In this document: piece by piece, positions 28,972 to 38,393 of the stretch
Layout: each line of letters opens with the position of its first letter
How positions within the stretch are numbered: the stretch's first letter is position 1
Source of the DNA: an uncultured Solobacterium sp.
GTDB taxonomy: Bacteria; Bacillota_I; Bacilli_A; Erysipelotrichales; Erysipelotrichaceae
Direction: 5' to 3'
NCBI GenBank assembly: GCA_938041275.1
Contig: CALISH010000055.1
Location: forward strand, 1 to 50,436
DNA length: 50,436 bases
Program-made: the position numbers and the translations under genes
Notes under the pieces: model-generated
Told to the model about the DNA's origin: nothing
Database searches by the model: none
What the model saw: the letters and a program-made list of their open reading frames with translations, nothing else

Positions 28972-30513
28972 ATGAATTTATCGTATAACGCTTTAGGTTA
29001 TTTGGTTATATTTCTACCGATTACGATGTTGTTATATCAGATTGTAAAACAGAAGTATCGATGGATTGTGCTATTACTTGCAAATCTTGTCTTCTTCGGA
29101 GTCTGGTCACAGTGGTTGGTAGTATATTGTTTAGTTACAACACTTATTACCTTCTTCATCGGTAAGAAGTTAGGTGAGATGAAAAAGGCACCAGAAGGTG
29201 TAGATAAAAAAGTATTTAAGAAAAAGAAGAGTCGTATTTTAACGGCTGGAATCTTGTTAAATCTTGCGGTGTTATTAGCTCTCAAGTATACAAACTTTTT
29301 TGCGACAGGTATCTTTGCGGTGTTCCAGCAATCATTTACACCGTTAAAGATTTTGGTTCCAATCGGAATTAGTTACTATACATTACAGCTTGTTTCTTAT
29401 CTTGCGGATATCAATAGCGGGAAGATTGAACCGGTACAGTGCTATGCAAAGTTATTGTTGTTTGCGACATTCTTTCCAACGCTAGTGGAAGGTCCTATTG
29501 CGCGTTTCTCTGAGATTGGTGAAACTTTAACAGAAGGGAAGCCGATTGAACAGGAGAATATGATTATTGGATTTGAACGTATTCTTTGGGGTATGTTTAA
29601 GAAGGTTGCGATTGCGGACCATTTGGCACCTGTTGTATCTTCCATCTTTGCTTCACATGATTCATCGGGTGGACTTGTACTAGTTGTCGCTATCTTCTGT
29701 ACGATTCAGTTGTATATGGACTTTTCAGGATCAATCGATATTGCGATTGGTAGTGCAAGAATCTTCGGTATTGTATTACCAGAGAATTTTACACAGCCAT
29801 TCTTTGCGAAGGGTGCTTCAGATTTCTGGCACCGTTGGCATATTACATTAGGTACATTCTTTAGAGACTATATCTTCTATCCAGTATCCCTTTCAAAGCC
29901 AGTGATGAAGTTAACAAAGTGGTGTAAAAAACATCTGGGTAAGACTGTCGCAAAGTATATTGGACCTGCGATTGCGTTGTTCTGTGTATGGATATCAAAT
30001 GGTTTGTGGCATGGTCCACAATGGAATTACATTCTGTATGGTATTTACTACTTCATCTTGATATTCGCAGAATTATTTATGGAGAAGCCTACTGAGAACT
30101 TCTGTAAGAAGTTCCATATCAACCAAAATGGATTTGGCTATCGTATCTTCCGTTTTGTAAAGTTAATGATTATCGTATGTTTTGGTGAGATGGTATTTGC
30201 GGCTTCTTCTGGAGCACAGATTATCACGATGATTCAATCTCTATTTACACGCTTTGATTGGGCGGATGCTTGGACAACCATTCCATATCTTGGCATGGAT
30301 GCGTGGGATTACATCACCGTTGGAGTTGCGTTTGTGATTGTGGTGATTGTGGATGTCTTAAAAGAAATCGGTTATCCAATTCGTAAAGTATTTGAATCAA
30401 AACCACTCGTTATACGGTGGAGTATTCTGTATCTTGTGATATTCTATATTATATTCTTCGGTGCGTATGGACCGGGATATGATATTATCAAAATGATGTA
30501 CGCTGGATTCTAG
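28972..30513 (+). CDS. MBOAT-family O-acyltransferase (AlgI/DltB-like)
   Basis: PIGISYYT, FFP.LVEGPI, DFSG..DIA, ENF.QPF, FWHRWHITLG, GLWHG. Confidence 0.92.
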   Translation: MNLSYNALGYLVIFLPITMLLYQIVKQKYRWIVLLLANLVFFGVWSQWLVVYCLVTTLITFFIGKKLGEMKKAPEGVDKKVFKKKKSRILTAGILLNLAVLLALKYTNFFATGIFAVFQQSFTPLKILVPIGISYYTLQLVSYLADINSGKIEPVQCYAKLLLFATFFPTLVEGPIARFSEIGETLTEGKPIEQENMIIGFERILWGMFKKVAIADHLAPVVSSIFASHDSSGGLVLVVAIFCTIQLYMDFSGSIDIAIGSARIFGIVLPENFTQPFFAKGASDFWHRWHITLGTFFRDYIFYPVSLSKPVMKLTKWCKKHLGKTVAKYIGPAIALFCVWISNGLWHGPQWNYILYGIYYFILIFAELFMEKPTENFCKKFHINQNGFGYRIFRFVKLMIIVCFGEMVFAASSGAQIITMIQSLFTRFDWADAWTTIPYLGMDAWDYITVGVAFVIVVIVDVLKEIGYPIRKVFESKPLVIRWSILYLVIFYIIFFGAYGPGYDIIKMMYAGF

Positions 30514-30532
30514 CGTCAAAAGGAGAAAAAAC

Positions 30533-30760
30533 ATGGAAGAACTATTAGAAATTTTAAACGATATTAAAGATGATGCGGATTTTGAAAACTGCACAACATT
30601 GATTGACGATGCTGTATTAGATTCATTTGATATTTTATCAATCATCAGTGCTTTGAATGATCATTATGACATTCAGATTCCAGCATCTGACATCGTACCA
30701 GCAAACTTTAATAGCGCTGCTGCGTTACTTGCGATGGTACAAAGATTACAAGCTGAATAA
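30533..30760 (+). CDS. Acyl/aminoacyl carrier protein (DltC-like)
   Basis: Acidic 75-aa protein with phosphopantetheine site LDSFD and P.NFNS motif. Confidence 0.88.
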   Translation: MEELLEILNDIKDDADFENCTTLIDDAVLDSFDILSIISALNDHYDIQIPASDIVPANFNSAAALLAMVQRLQAE

Positions 30761-30795
30761 GTTTGTATCAAATTTTTAAACAGTAAGGAGTATGT

Positions 30796-31752
30796 ATGAA
30801 GAAAGCATTGAAACCAGTTGCGTTTCTATTGGTTTTGATATGTTTACTGATGGTTACTTCATATCTTGTAACACCAAGGGGATATGAAAATGTATATGAC
30901 ATTCAGTTGGTAAATCGAAAAATTAATGCAGTGAGTCAAGAAAAAGAGAATACGCTGGATGTCCTATTTACGGGTGACAGTGAGGCCAGTAATACATTCT
31001 CTCCTTTCCAGTATTGGAAAGAACAGGGTATCGCTTCCTATAATCTAGGCGGTAGTGCGCAGCGTTTAAATGACTGCTATACCGTTCTAGAAGACGTATT
31101 GAAACATCAGAAACCAAAACTATTGGTGTTAGAAGCCAACACTTTATTCCGTAAGAATGCGGTTTATAACCAGGATGATTCCGTGTTGATGTGGGCAGAA
31201 CAGTTATTCCCTGTACTGCATCATCACAATATCTATAAGACAATCAATCTTAGTGTTAATTTACTTGGCGCAACCAAGGAAAACGCATATGCGGATCAAT
31301 GTAAAGGCTATTATGCGCGTGTGAGAATTCGTCCATATCGTGGCTCTGATCAGTATATGAAGACCAACAAGCGTGATACGACCCTCTATCCGGAAACACT
31401 AGAATACTTTGAAAAGATTGCGAAGCTGTGTAAGGAAAATGACGTTGAACTTATTGTGGTAAGTGTCCCATCTCCAAAGAACTGGAGTGACGCAAGACAT
31501 GATACGATTCAGGAGTTATGCAATCAGTATGATGTTACGTATTATGATTTAAATAAGTTGGATAACGTACTCGCTCTTGATTGGACAACAGATACTTTAG
31601 ACCGTGGAGACCATTTGAATATGAATGGCTCAAAGAAGGTTAATGCTTATTTTGGTAAGATTTTAAAAGAGAAGTATCATATTCCTGACCATCGTGGAGA
31701 AGCGGATTACGCTATCTGGGATAAGCAGGAAGCTGAACTGAAGTTATATTAG
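30796..31752 (+). CDS. Membrane-anchored SGNH/GDSL-fold protein (DltD/AlgJ-like)
   Basis: N-terminal TM anchor, FTGDS nucleophile block, DRGDHLN..G C-terminal block. Confidence 0.75.
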   Translation: MKKALKPVAFLLVLICLLMVTSYLVTPRGYENVYDIQLVNRKINAVSQEKENTLDVLFTGDSEASNTFSPFQYWKEQGIASYNLGGSAQRLNDCYTVLEDVLKHQKPKLLVLEANTLFRKNAVYNQDDSVLMWAEQLFPVLHHHNIYKTINLSVNLLGATKENAYADQCKGYYARVRIRPYRGSDQYMKTNKRDTTLYPETLEYFEKIAKLCKENDVELIVVSVPSPKNWSDARHDTIQELCNQYDVTYYDLNKLDNVLALDWTTDTLDRGDHLNMNGSKKVNAYFGKILKEKYHIPDHRGEADYAIWDKQEAELKLY

Positions 31753-31813
31753 AGTTCTCGGTAATGAGAACTTTTTTTGTAGGAATTAAAAAATGCCACT
31801 GTGTAGTGGCATT
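31753..31813. terminator. Two back-to-back terminators for the convergent SGNH and Ldt genes
   Basis: AGTTCTC/GAGAACT plus T-tract, and AATGCCACT/AGTGGCATT preceded by an A-tract. Confidence 0.7.
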
Positions 31814-31817
31814 GATA

Positions 31818-33281
31818 CTATCCGTGATAAGAATATGCGTTTGAGTTAGCGTTTGCGGTACCTGTTAGATTTACTGGGTAACGATAGTACGCTACAACCG
31901 CAATATCATTTGGAACGTTCGCATTCATATATGCGGCGGAGTCGTTTGGTAGGTTGATACAGCCATGTGATCCTGCATATGTATAACGGTTACCACCGAA
32001 CCATGGTTGCCATGGGGCGTCGTGGAAGCCAATGTTGTATGCGAATACGATGAAGTAATTGACGGGGGAATCATATTCTGAACCATCGTAATCTGTACCT
32101 TTTAATCTTGTGTTTGTGACACGGTATTTAATGCGGAAGACTCCATCTGGAGAACCGCTACCCATATTGACATTTCCGGATACGATATCGGATGTAAATA
32201 CACGCTCACCATGTAGTACGTAGTACATTACCTGGTTTGTATAATCAAGTTCTACGTAAGTATCACCAATATCATTCTCTAAAGTGCCTTGTGCTGTTTG
32301 TGACCACATTGGTTGTCTTTCAACCATCTTGCCAGATCCTAAATCGGACTTTAGCTGTGTAAATTCAGAATCTTTATCTAGGATATAACCGTAGTCACCA
32401 CCACCGATTTGAATATCATCGCCAGCTTGGGTTCTAAATGTACGAACTTTTCCGTAGGTATTAAAGTTTGAAGCTAGTTCTTCGACGTATGCTTGTAGTT
32501 TTGTGTCATCGACAGTTACATCGTATGTATCAGAGATACTTAATACTTTTAGTACAGATGCTTTATCCATGACTTTTTTGGAAGAGCCAATGGTGTAGGA
32601 AACGGTACTCTTTAAGTAACTTTCAATCTTCTTTACTGCATTTGTAATCTGTTCAGAGTTTGATGTGATTTCTGGAGCAGTGAAGTTTGCGGTATTTAGC
32701 GTTAATTGATAATTCTGATGATTGATCGCATCATCAATTTCTTTTTGTACAGCTGCTGTATCAGCACCATACTTCGCTTCGACAACCTTGTAGTTATCAT
32801 CGTTAATCGTAATTGTTGCGTTAACTGGATCTTTTGTTAGTGACAACAAGTCTTCTAACTGTTTGTGAAGTTTTGATTCACTATATTCTACTTGAATTTC
32901 TTTGTGCTCTGGCTGTAATAAAGAGAGTGGCCAAGTGAATACATTTTGTGATTTGATTTCTTTTTCAACAGAAGACTTCGCATTACTTGCAAGGCTTAGC
33001 GAGATATCTTTACCCTTTACTTCGTAAACCTTATCTCCAGGAGCAGTAATCTTAATTTTATACGTGTTTGTGGCATTGGTAAGTGTACTAACACTTGTGT
33101 CTACATCCATGAAACTAACATCTGTATTACCGACTGTTGTGCGGTAGAAGAAGTGTTGTTGGAAATAGATAACACCTGCTATATAAATACCGATGGCGAT
33201 AATACTCACAACTGCTAAGAGTATGAGTAGGACTTTACCAGCGCCACCTTTCTTTTTTTCTTGTTTTGATCTGGCAGACAT
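31818..33281 (-). CDS. L,D-transpeptidase (Ldtfm-like: TM anchor, PG-binding stalk, YkuD domain)
   Basis: IGFHDAPW...GSHGCINLP catalytic motif, GGGDYGY, N-terminal TM. Confidence 0.92.
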   Translation of the reverse strand: MSARSKQEKKKGGAGKVLLILLAVVSIIAIGIYIAGVIYFQQHFFYRTTVGNTDVSFMDVDTSVSTLTNATNTYKIKITAPGDKVYEVKGKDISLSLASNAKSSVEKEIKSQNVFTWPLSLLQPEHKEIQVEYSESKLHKQLEDLLSLTKDPVNATITINDDNYKVVEAKYGADTAAVQKEIDDAINHQNYQLTLNTANFTAPEITSNSEQITNAVKKIESYLKSTVSYTIGSSKKVMDKASVLKVLSISDTYDVTVDDTKLQAYVEELASNFNTYGKVRTFRTQAGDDIQIGGGDYGYILDKDSEFTQLKSDLGSGKMVERQPMWSQTAQGTLENDIGDTYVELDYTNQVMYYVLHGERVFTSDIVSGNVNMGSGSPDGVFRIKYRVTNTRLKGTDYDGSEYDSPVNYFIVFAYNIGFHDAPWQPWFGGNRYTYAGSHGCINLPNDSAAYMNANVPNDIAVVAYYRYPVNLTGTANANSNAYSYHG

Positions 33282-33415
33282 ATATTCACCTCGTCATCTC
33301 AATATGCTTAGATATACAGGACAAGTATAGCATAGATGAATAAAAATATCTCTGCTAATAACTATGAAACAAAGGCATAATACTGATAAAATAAAGGGGA
33401 TGTTATGGAGGGATC

Positions 33416-33961
33416 ATGAAGACTCTAGTGATATTAATAGTACTAGTAGGCATATTGTGTCTTATTGGTACAATTGTGTTTGTAATACGTTTTAAACAAT
33501 TTAAAAAGAGTATCTTTGAAATGCAAGCTACGCTTGATTGTGATGAGTTTACAATCACAGAACAAGGAAGTTATGCGATTTGGCTCAGAGTGCCAAGAGG
33601 TACATTTTCTTACCCAAGATTGAATATTGTGGTAAATGAGGTGGAAACCGGTAGGGAAATCCCAATCCATCGTGAGTCGTTCAAAGTTGAAAGCAGTTCA
33701 TTTTCCTATCATGCTCGACAGTACTTTTGGTTTGAGGCAGAAGAAGGTAACTATCTGTTGAGTATTCAACGTAATACGGATATGGAGAATATACCTTTGA
33801 TTGATAAGCTATTTAGGGTGGATGAGCAGCCATTAGAAAGTTTTAGTGTATTTATCGCAAAGAGGGTAAATCCTACTATGATTGGAGTTGGAATTTTGAT
33901 CGCGGTGATAAGTTTTAATGCGATTCTATTTTCTATCATCATGATTTCTGGACTATTCTAA
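33416..33961 (+). CDS. Hypothetical protein with N- and C-terminal TM helices
   Basis: 181-aa ORF, RBS GGAGGG, hydrophobic ends around a soluble domain. Confidence 0.7.
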   Translation: MKTLVILIVLVGILCLIGTIVFVIRFKQFKKSIFEMQATLDCDEFTITEQGSYAIWLRVPRGTFSYPRLNIVVNEVETGREIPIHRESFKVESSSFSYHARQYFWFEAEEGNYLLSIQRNTDMENIPLIDKLFRVDEQPLESFSVFIAKRVNPTMIGVGILIAVISFNAILFSIIMISGLF

Positions 33962-34020
33962 TCAACAAAACAACTGTGTAGTATAATAGACAAAGTACAT
34001 TAAAAGAAAAGAGGCTATTT

Positions 34021-35229
34021 ATGAAGGAAAAAATCTATCCATTGTTATTTGGTGGTGATATAAACGTATATTCTGTCGCAAGAGCGTTTCATGAAGCGTA
34101 TGGTTTGCGTTCTACATGTTTTGGTAAATACTTATCTGGACCTGCATATCGCAGTTCTATCATTGATTATCATGCATGTGAAAATAATGAAGATGCGGAT
34201 GCGTATGTAAAGAATGTTTTGACTTTTGCGAACAGTCATCAAGATGGAAAGGTGTTTGTGATTGGCTGTGGCGATGCATATGTAAAATTAGCTGCTGAAA
34301 ATAAGCGTCTATTTCCAAAGAACTGTATCGTAGCAGGAATCGACGCTAAACTTTTAAATACCCTCATCAATAAAGAGAAGTTTTATGAGATGTGTGATCA
34401 GTATGGATTAGACCATCCAGCAACGTTTATCTATCATAAAGAGATGGGTCATGATTTTACGCTGCCATTTACAGGACCATTCATTTGTAAACCTTCTAAT
34501 TCTGTAACTTATTGGGAGCACCCATTTGAAGGCAATGACAAAGTGTTCCTCTTACAGACAATGGAAGAATTATACGATGTATTAGATCGTTGTTATGCGG
34601 CTGGTTATCCAGATACGATGATTATTCAGGATTGTATTCCTGGGGATGATTCCTACATGCGTGTATTAACGAACTATTCTGATAAGAATGGCAAGGTAAA
34701 GATGATGTGTTTAGGCCATGTCTTACTGGAAGAACATACACCACATGGATTAGGGAACCACGCAGTTATCATGACAGAGAAGAATGAGGAAATCTGTATG
34801 AAACTGAAGAAATTCCTCGAGGATATTCACTACGTTGGATTCTCTAACTTTGATATGAAATATGATGAACGTGATGGTAAGTTAAAACTATTTGAAATTA
34901 ACTGTCGTCAAGGTAGAAGTAATTACTATGTAACAGGTGCAGGCTTTAATATCGCACGCTATCTAGTGGAAGATTACATTGAAAATAAAGAACTTCCATT
35001 TGAAATTTGTGAGAATGAAAGTTTATGGCAGGTTGTACCATCCGATGTCGCAAGAGACTTTATCGTATCTTCATACCACGATAAGATGAGACAACAAGAA
35101 AAAGAAGGCAAGATGACAAACTCCCTTGTATACAAGGGAGAAAAGAATCTCTTCCATCGTTTATGGGTTTGGTATGACTTAAAACGACAAAGAAAGAATT
35201 ACGAGACATACGCAGTAAAGAAATCTTAG
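34021..35229 (+). CDS. ATP-grasp D-aspartate ligase (Aslfm/YxbA-like)
   Basis: GGDINVYSVARAFHE, IPGDDS, LLEEHTP.GLGN, EINCRQGRSNYY; adjacent to an Asp racemase. Confidence 0.88.
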   Translation: MKEKIYPLLFGGDINVYSVARAFHEAYGLRSTCFGKYLSGPAYRSSIIDYHACENNEDADAYVKNVLTFANSHQDGKVFVIGCGDAYVKLAAENKRLFPKNCIVAGIDAKLLNTLINKEKFYEMCDQYGLDHPATFIYHKEMGHDFTLPFTGPFICKPSNSVTYWEHPFEGNDKVFLLQTMEELYDVLDRCYAAGYPDTMIIQDCIPGDDSYMRVLTNYSDKNGKVKMMCLGHVLLEEHTPHGLGNHAVIMTEKNEEICMKLKKFLEDIHYVGFSNFDMKYDERDGKLKLFEINCRQGRSNYYVTGAGFNIARYLVEDYIENKELPFEICENESLWQVVPSDVARDFIVSSYHDKMRQQEKEGKMTNSLVYKGEKNLFHRLWVWYDLKRQRKNYETYAVKKS

Positions 35230-35240
35230 AGGTGTCATGT

Positions 35241-35951
35241 ATGGAACAGACAAAAGATAAATTAGGTATCTTAGGTGGAATGGGTCCACAGGCAACCCAA
35301 ATCTTATATCAATGGATTCTAGATCGTACCGATGCGGTTTGTGACCAAGACCATATTCCAACGATGATACTATCGGATACAAAGATGCCAGATCGTACAA
35401 CTGCAATCCTATCTGGAAATGAGGACGTTGTGTATGAACGCATGTTGCATGATTGTCATTTATTAGAGAATTGTGGTAGTTGTTGTATTGCGATTCCATG
35501 TAATACATCACACTACTTCGCAGATCGTTTGCAGAAAGAAATCTCTATTCCAATTATCCACATGCCACGTGAAACGGTAAAACGCTTGGTAAAGACAAAC
35601 CACAAGAAGGTTGCGATTCTTGCGACTGACGGCACAATCATGACAGGTGTGTATCGTCGTGAAATTGAAGCGGCAGGCATGCAAGCATGGCAACCAGATG
35701 CTGAGATACAAAAGAAGGTTATGTCTTTGATTTACGATGAAATTAAACGTGGTGAAAAGGGTAACCGTCATACCTTTGCGGCAATCGATAGAGCAGTCAG
35801 AGATGCTGGCTGTGATTGTGCGATTCTTGGTTGTACAGAATTATCTGTATACCGTGAATATCATGGATTACCTTCATTCTATATCGATGCAATGGAGGTT
35901 CTAGCAGAGGAATGCATTCGCTTCTTTGATCGTGAACCACTGCATGTATAG
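35241..35951 (+). CDS. racD: Aspartate racemase
   Basis: GILGGMGP.AT, DQDHI, PDRT, IPCNTSH and ILGCTELS catalytic Cys pair; start at MEQTK after RBS AGAGGTG. Confidence 0.9.
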   Translation: MEQTKDKLGILGGMGPQATQILYQWILDRTDAVCDQDHIPTMILSDTKMPDRTTAILSGNEDVVYERMLHDCHLLENCGSCCIAIPCNTSHYFADRLQKEISIPIIHMPRETVKRLVKTNHKKVAILATDGTIMTGVYRREIEAAGMQAWQPDAEIQKKVMSLIYDEIKRGEKGNRHTFAAIDRAVRDAGCDCAILGCTELSVYREYHGLPSFYIDAMEVLAEECIRFFDREPLHV

Positions 35952-35961
35952 GAGGTTTTAG

Positions 35962-37482
35962 ATGAAAAAATATTTATTAAAGGATTATATCTCTTTTTTA
36001 CAAGAGAAGAATGTATTAGGAGATGTTTGTTTATCTGATACATGCATGAATACTGTTGTGGAACTGGTATCCTGTGATTCACAACAGGTTGTTAGGAATA
36101 CATTATTCTTGTGCAAAGGTGTACACTTTAAAGCACAGTATTTACAAGATGCGGTAGATAAGGGTGCCTTTGCATATCTAAGTGAAGTAGAATATCCAGA
36201 AGTGAATATTCCATGGATTCCACTAACAGATGTGCGTTATGCGATGGCAAATCTTGCGACGATGTACTACAACGATCCATGGAAAGAACTGAATGTGATT
36301 GGGCTTACTGGCACCAAAGGGAAGTCCACAACGTCATATTATGTAAAGTCTATTCTCGACACATATCTTGCACGTGTTGGTAAAAATGAGAGTGCAGTGA
36401 TTTCTTCGATTGGCACCTATGATGGTGTTGAACGTTTTGAGTCACACTTAACAACACCAGAGCCACTCGACTTAGAAAGACATTTTAGAAATGCAGTTGA
36501 ATCGAAGATTGATTTTGTGACAATGGAAGTATCTTCCCAAGCATTGAAGTATGACCGTGTTGTAGGTGTGAACTTCTCTGTTGCGGCGTTTTTAAATATT
36601 GGATATGACCACATATCTTCCGTGGAACATCCAACATGGGAAGATTACTTTGCGTCTAAACTACGTATCTTTGAACAGTGTACATATGGACTGGTAAATC
36701 TAGATTCAGATCACTGTGATGAGATTCTAGAAGCAGCTAAAGCTGCTAAGAAGGTAATTACATTCTCAGAGACAAATGTTAATGCCGACTTCTATGGCTA
36801 CGATGTGCATAAAGTTGGAAATGATATTGTCTTTAAAGTACGTGGAAGTGACTTTGATGAAGAATTTAAGTTATCAATGCCAGGATTATTCAATGTATCC
36901 AATGCGCTTTGTGCGATTGCGATAGCACGTTTATATGACATCCCTGTCAGTGATATTCAAGAAGGTCTCTATCATGCGAAGGTTCCAGGACGTATGGAAA
37001 TCTATACATCAAATGATAAAAAGATTACCGCAATCGTAGACTATGCACATAACCAATTATCCTTTCAGAAATTATTTGAATCTGTACGAAATGAGTATCC
37101 TGGATATCGTGCAACGATTATCTTCGGCTGCCCTGGTAAGAAGGCACAAGATCGCCGTCATGACTTAGGTGAAATTGCAGGGAAGAACGCTGATTACATT
37201 TATTTAACAGAAGAGGATGCTGGGGAAGAAGATCCACTCGCAATTGCCCAGGAAATCGCAAGAGCTGTTGAAAAAGAAAAGGCACCATATGAGATCATTA
37301 TTGACCGTGAACAAGCCATCGCACGTGCAGTAGAGGATGCCGCAAATGCGAAGGGAAATACCGTCATTTTAATTACAGGTAAAGGTGCAGAAACACGTCA
37401 AAAACGTGGAACAGAGTATATTCCGGTCATGTCGGATGTCGAATGTGTAAATCTTGAATTAAAGAAATATAACGAGAAATAA
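35962..37482 (+). CDS. murE: UDP-N-acetylmuramoyl-tripeptide synthetase (MurE-like Mur ligase)
   Basis: GLTGTKGKST, LTTPE, MEVSSQA, DHIS..EH, VPGRME, VDYAHN, TGKG.E. Confidence 0.88.
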   Translation: MKKYLLKDYISFLQEKNVLGDVCLSDTCMNTVVELVSCDSQQVVRNTLFLCKGVHFKAQYLQDAVDKGAFAYLSEVEYPEVNIPWIPLTDVRYAMANLATMYYNDPWKELNVIGLTGTKGKSTTSYYVKSILDTYLARVGKNESAVISSIGTYDGVERFESHLTTPEPLDLERHFRNAVESKIDFVTMEVSSQALKYDRVVGVNFSVAAFLNIGYDHISSVEHPTWEDYFASKLRIFEQCTYGLVNLDSDHCDEILEAAKAAKKVITFSETNVNADFYGYDVHKVGNDIVFKVRGSDFDEEFKLSMPGLFNVSNALCAIAIARLYDIPVSDIQEGLYHAKVPGRMEIYTSNDKKITAIVDYAHNQLSFQKLFESVRNEYPGYRATIIFGCPGKKAQDRRHDLGEIAGKNADYIYLTEEDAGEEDPLAIAQEIARAVEKEKAPYEIIIDREQAIARAVEDAANAKGNTVILITGKGAETRQKRGTEYIPVMSDVECVNLELKKYNEK

Positions 37483-37488
37483 AATAAC

Positions 37489-37531
37489 AAACATCTTCCA
37501 TGTGCTATGCATACAAGGGGAGATGTTTTTT
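37489..37531 (+). terminator. Terminator after murE
   Basis: AAACATCTTCC...GGGGAGATGTTT plus T-tract. Confidence 0.65.
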
Positions 37532-37572
37532 ATGAAAATAAAAAGCCCTTTGATTAGGGCATATCAGTATCA

Positions 37573-37648
37573 TGGTGCCGACAACAGGAATTGAACCTGC
37601 GACCTACGCGTTACGAGTGCGTTGCTCTACCAACTGAGCTATGTCGGC
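37573..37648 (-). tRNA. tRNA-Thr(CGT)
   Basis: Reverse complement GCCGACATAGCTCAGTTGGTAGAGCAACGCACT-CGT-AACGCGTAGGTCGCAGGTTCAATTCCTGTTGTCGGCACCA: 76-nt cloverleaf, GGTTCAA T-loop, encoded CCA. Confidence 0.97.
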
Positions 37649-37741
37649 GATGTAATTATTATACGTAATATCGATACTGAATTCAAATCATATTAGTCAG
37701 AAATATGATACAGTAGAATACAGAAAAACGTGAGGTACAGT

Positions 37742-38377
37742 ATGAAATTTACAAAATTAATGTTGGCAGTGTTATTGGTATTAGCAGGATGTGGTAAGGC
37801 AACACCTGAAGCACAAGCTAAGAAAACAGCAGAAACATTTATAAATGCATTAGATTCTGGAGATACAGAAAAAGCGAAGGAACAATCTAGTGAGAATGTT
37901 CAAAAGATGTGCGATGCGATTGAAGCTTCCTTTAAGACACCAGCTAGTTTTTCATCAACAGATTTATCTGATGACGCTAAGAAAAAGTTGGCTGAAATTG
38001 AAAAACAAATTAGAACTTCCTCATTTGAAAATCCAAAAATCAAAGATGTGAAAGAAGTAAATGAGAGAAAGTATGAAGTAACTTTCTCAATGGATTTTTT
38101 AGATACAGCTGATATTAAAAAGTATTTTACAGGTGAAGAGTATAAAGCGTTAATTTCTACACTATCTGTTGAAGCGACGGAAATGCAGAAGAAAGATGGT
38201 GATGAGGCTGCTAAAAAGTACATGATGGAACAGCTTGTAGATAAGATTTATTCTGTTTATACAGAAAAGTTAAAAGATAAGAAGTATAACAATGAGGATT
38301 CTATTATCACTCTTGAACAACAAGATGATGGTAAGTGGTTTGTGACAGATATTAAAGACGCAAAACAAGGAAAGTAA
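37742..38377 (+). CDS. Lipoprotein of unknown function (NTF2-like/DUF4878-like)
   Basis: MKFTK...LAGC lipobox; A..F..AL..GD..KA and L....GKW.V pattern. Confidence 0.8.
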   Translation: MKFTKLMLAVLLVLAGCGKATPEAQAKKTAETFINALDSGDTEKAKEQSSENVQKMCDAIEASFKTPASFSSTDLSDDAKKKLAEIEKQIRTSSFENPKIKDVKEVNERKYEVTFSMDFLDTADIKKYFTGEEYKALISTLSVEATEMQKKDGDEAAKKYMMEQLVDKIYSVYTEKLKDKKYNNEDSIITLEQQDDGKWFVTDIKDAKQGK

Positions 38378-38393
38378 GGAACTAGAGGAATAT

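Noticed and set aside
37483..37741. tRNA-Thr as the integration site of an island
   Set aside because: No integrase, and I found no second copy of the tRNA 3' end in the window.
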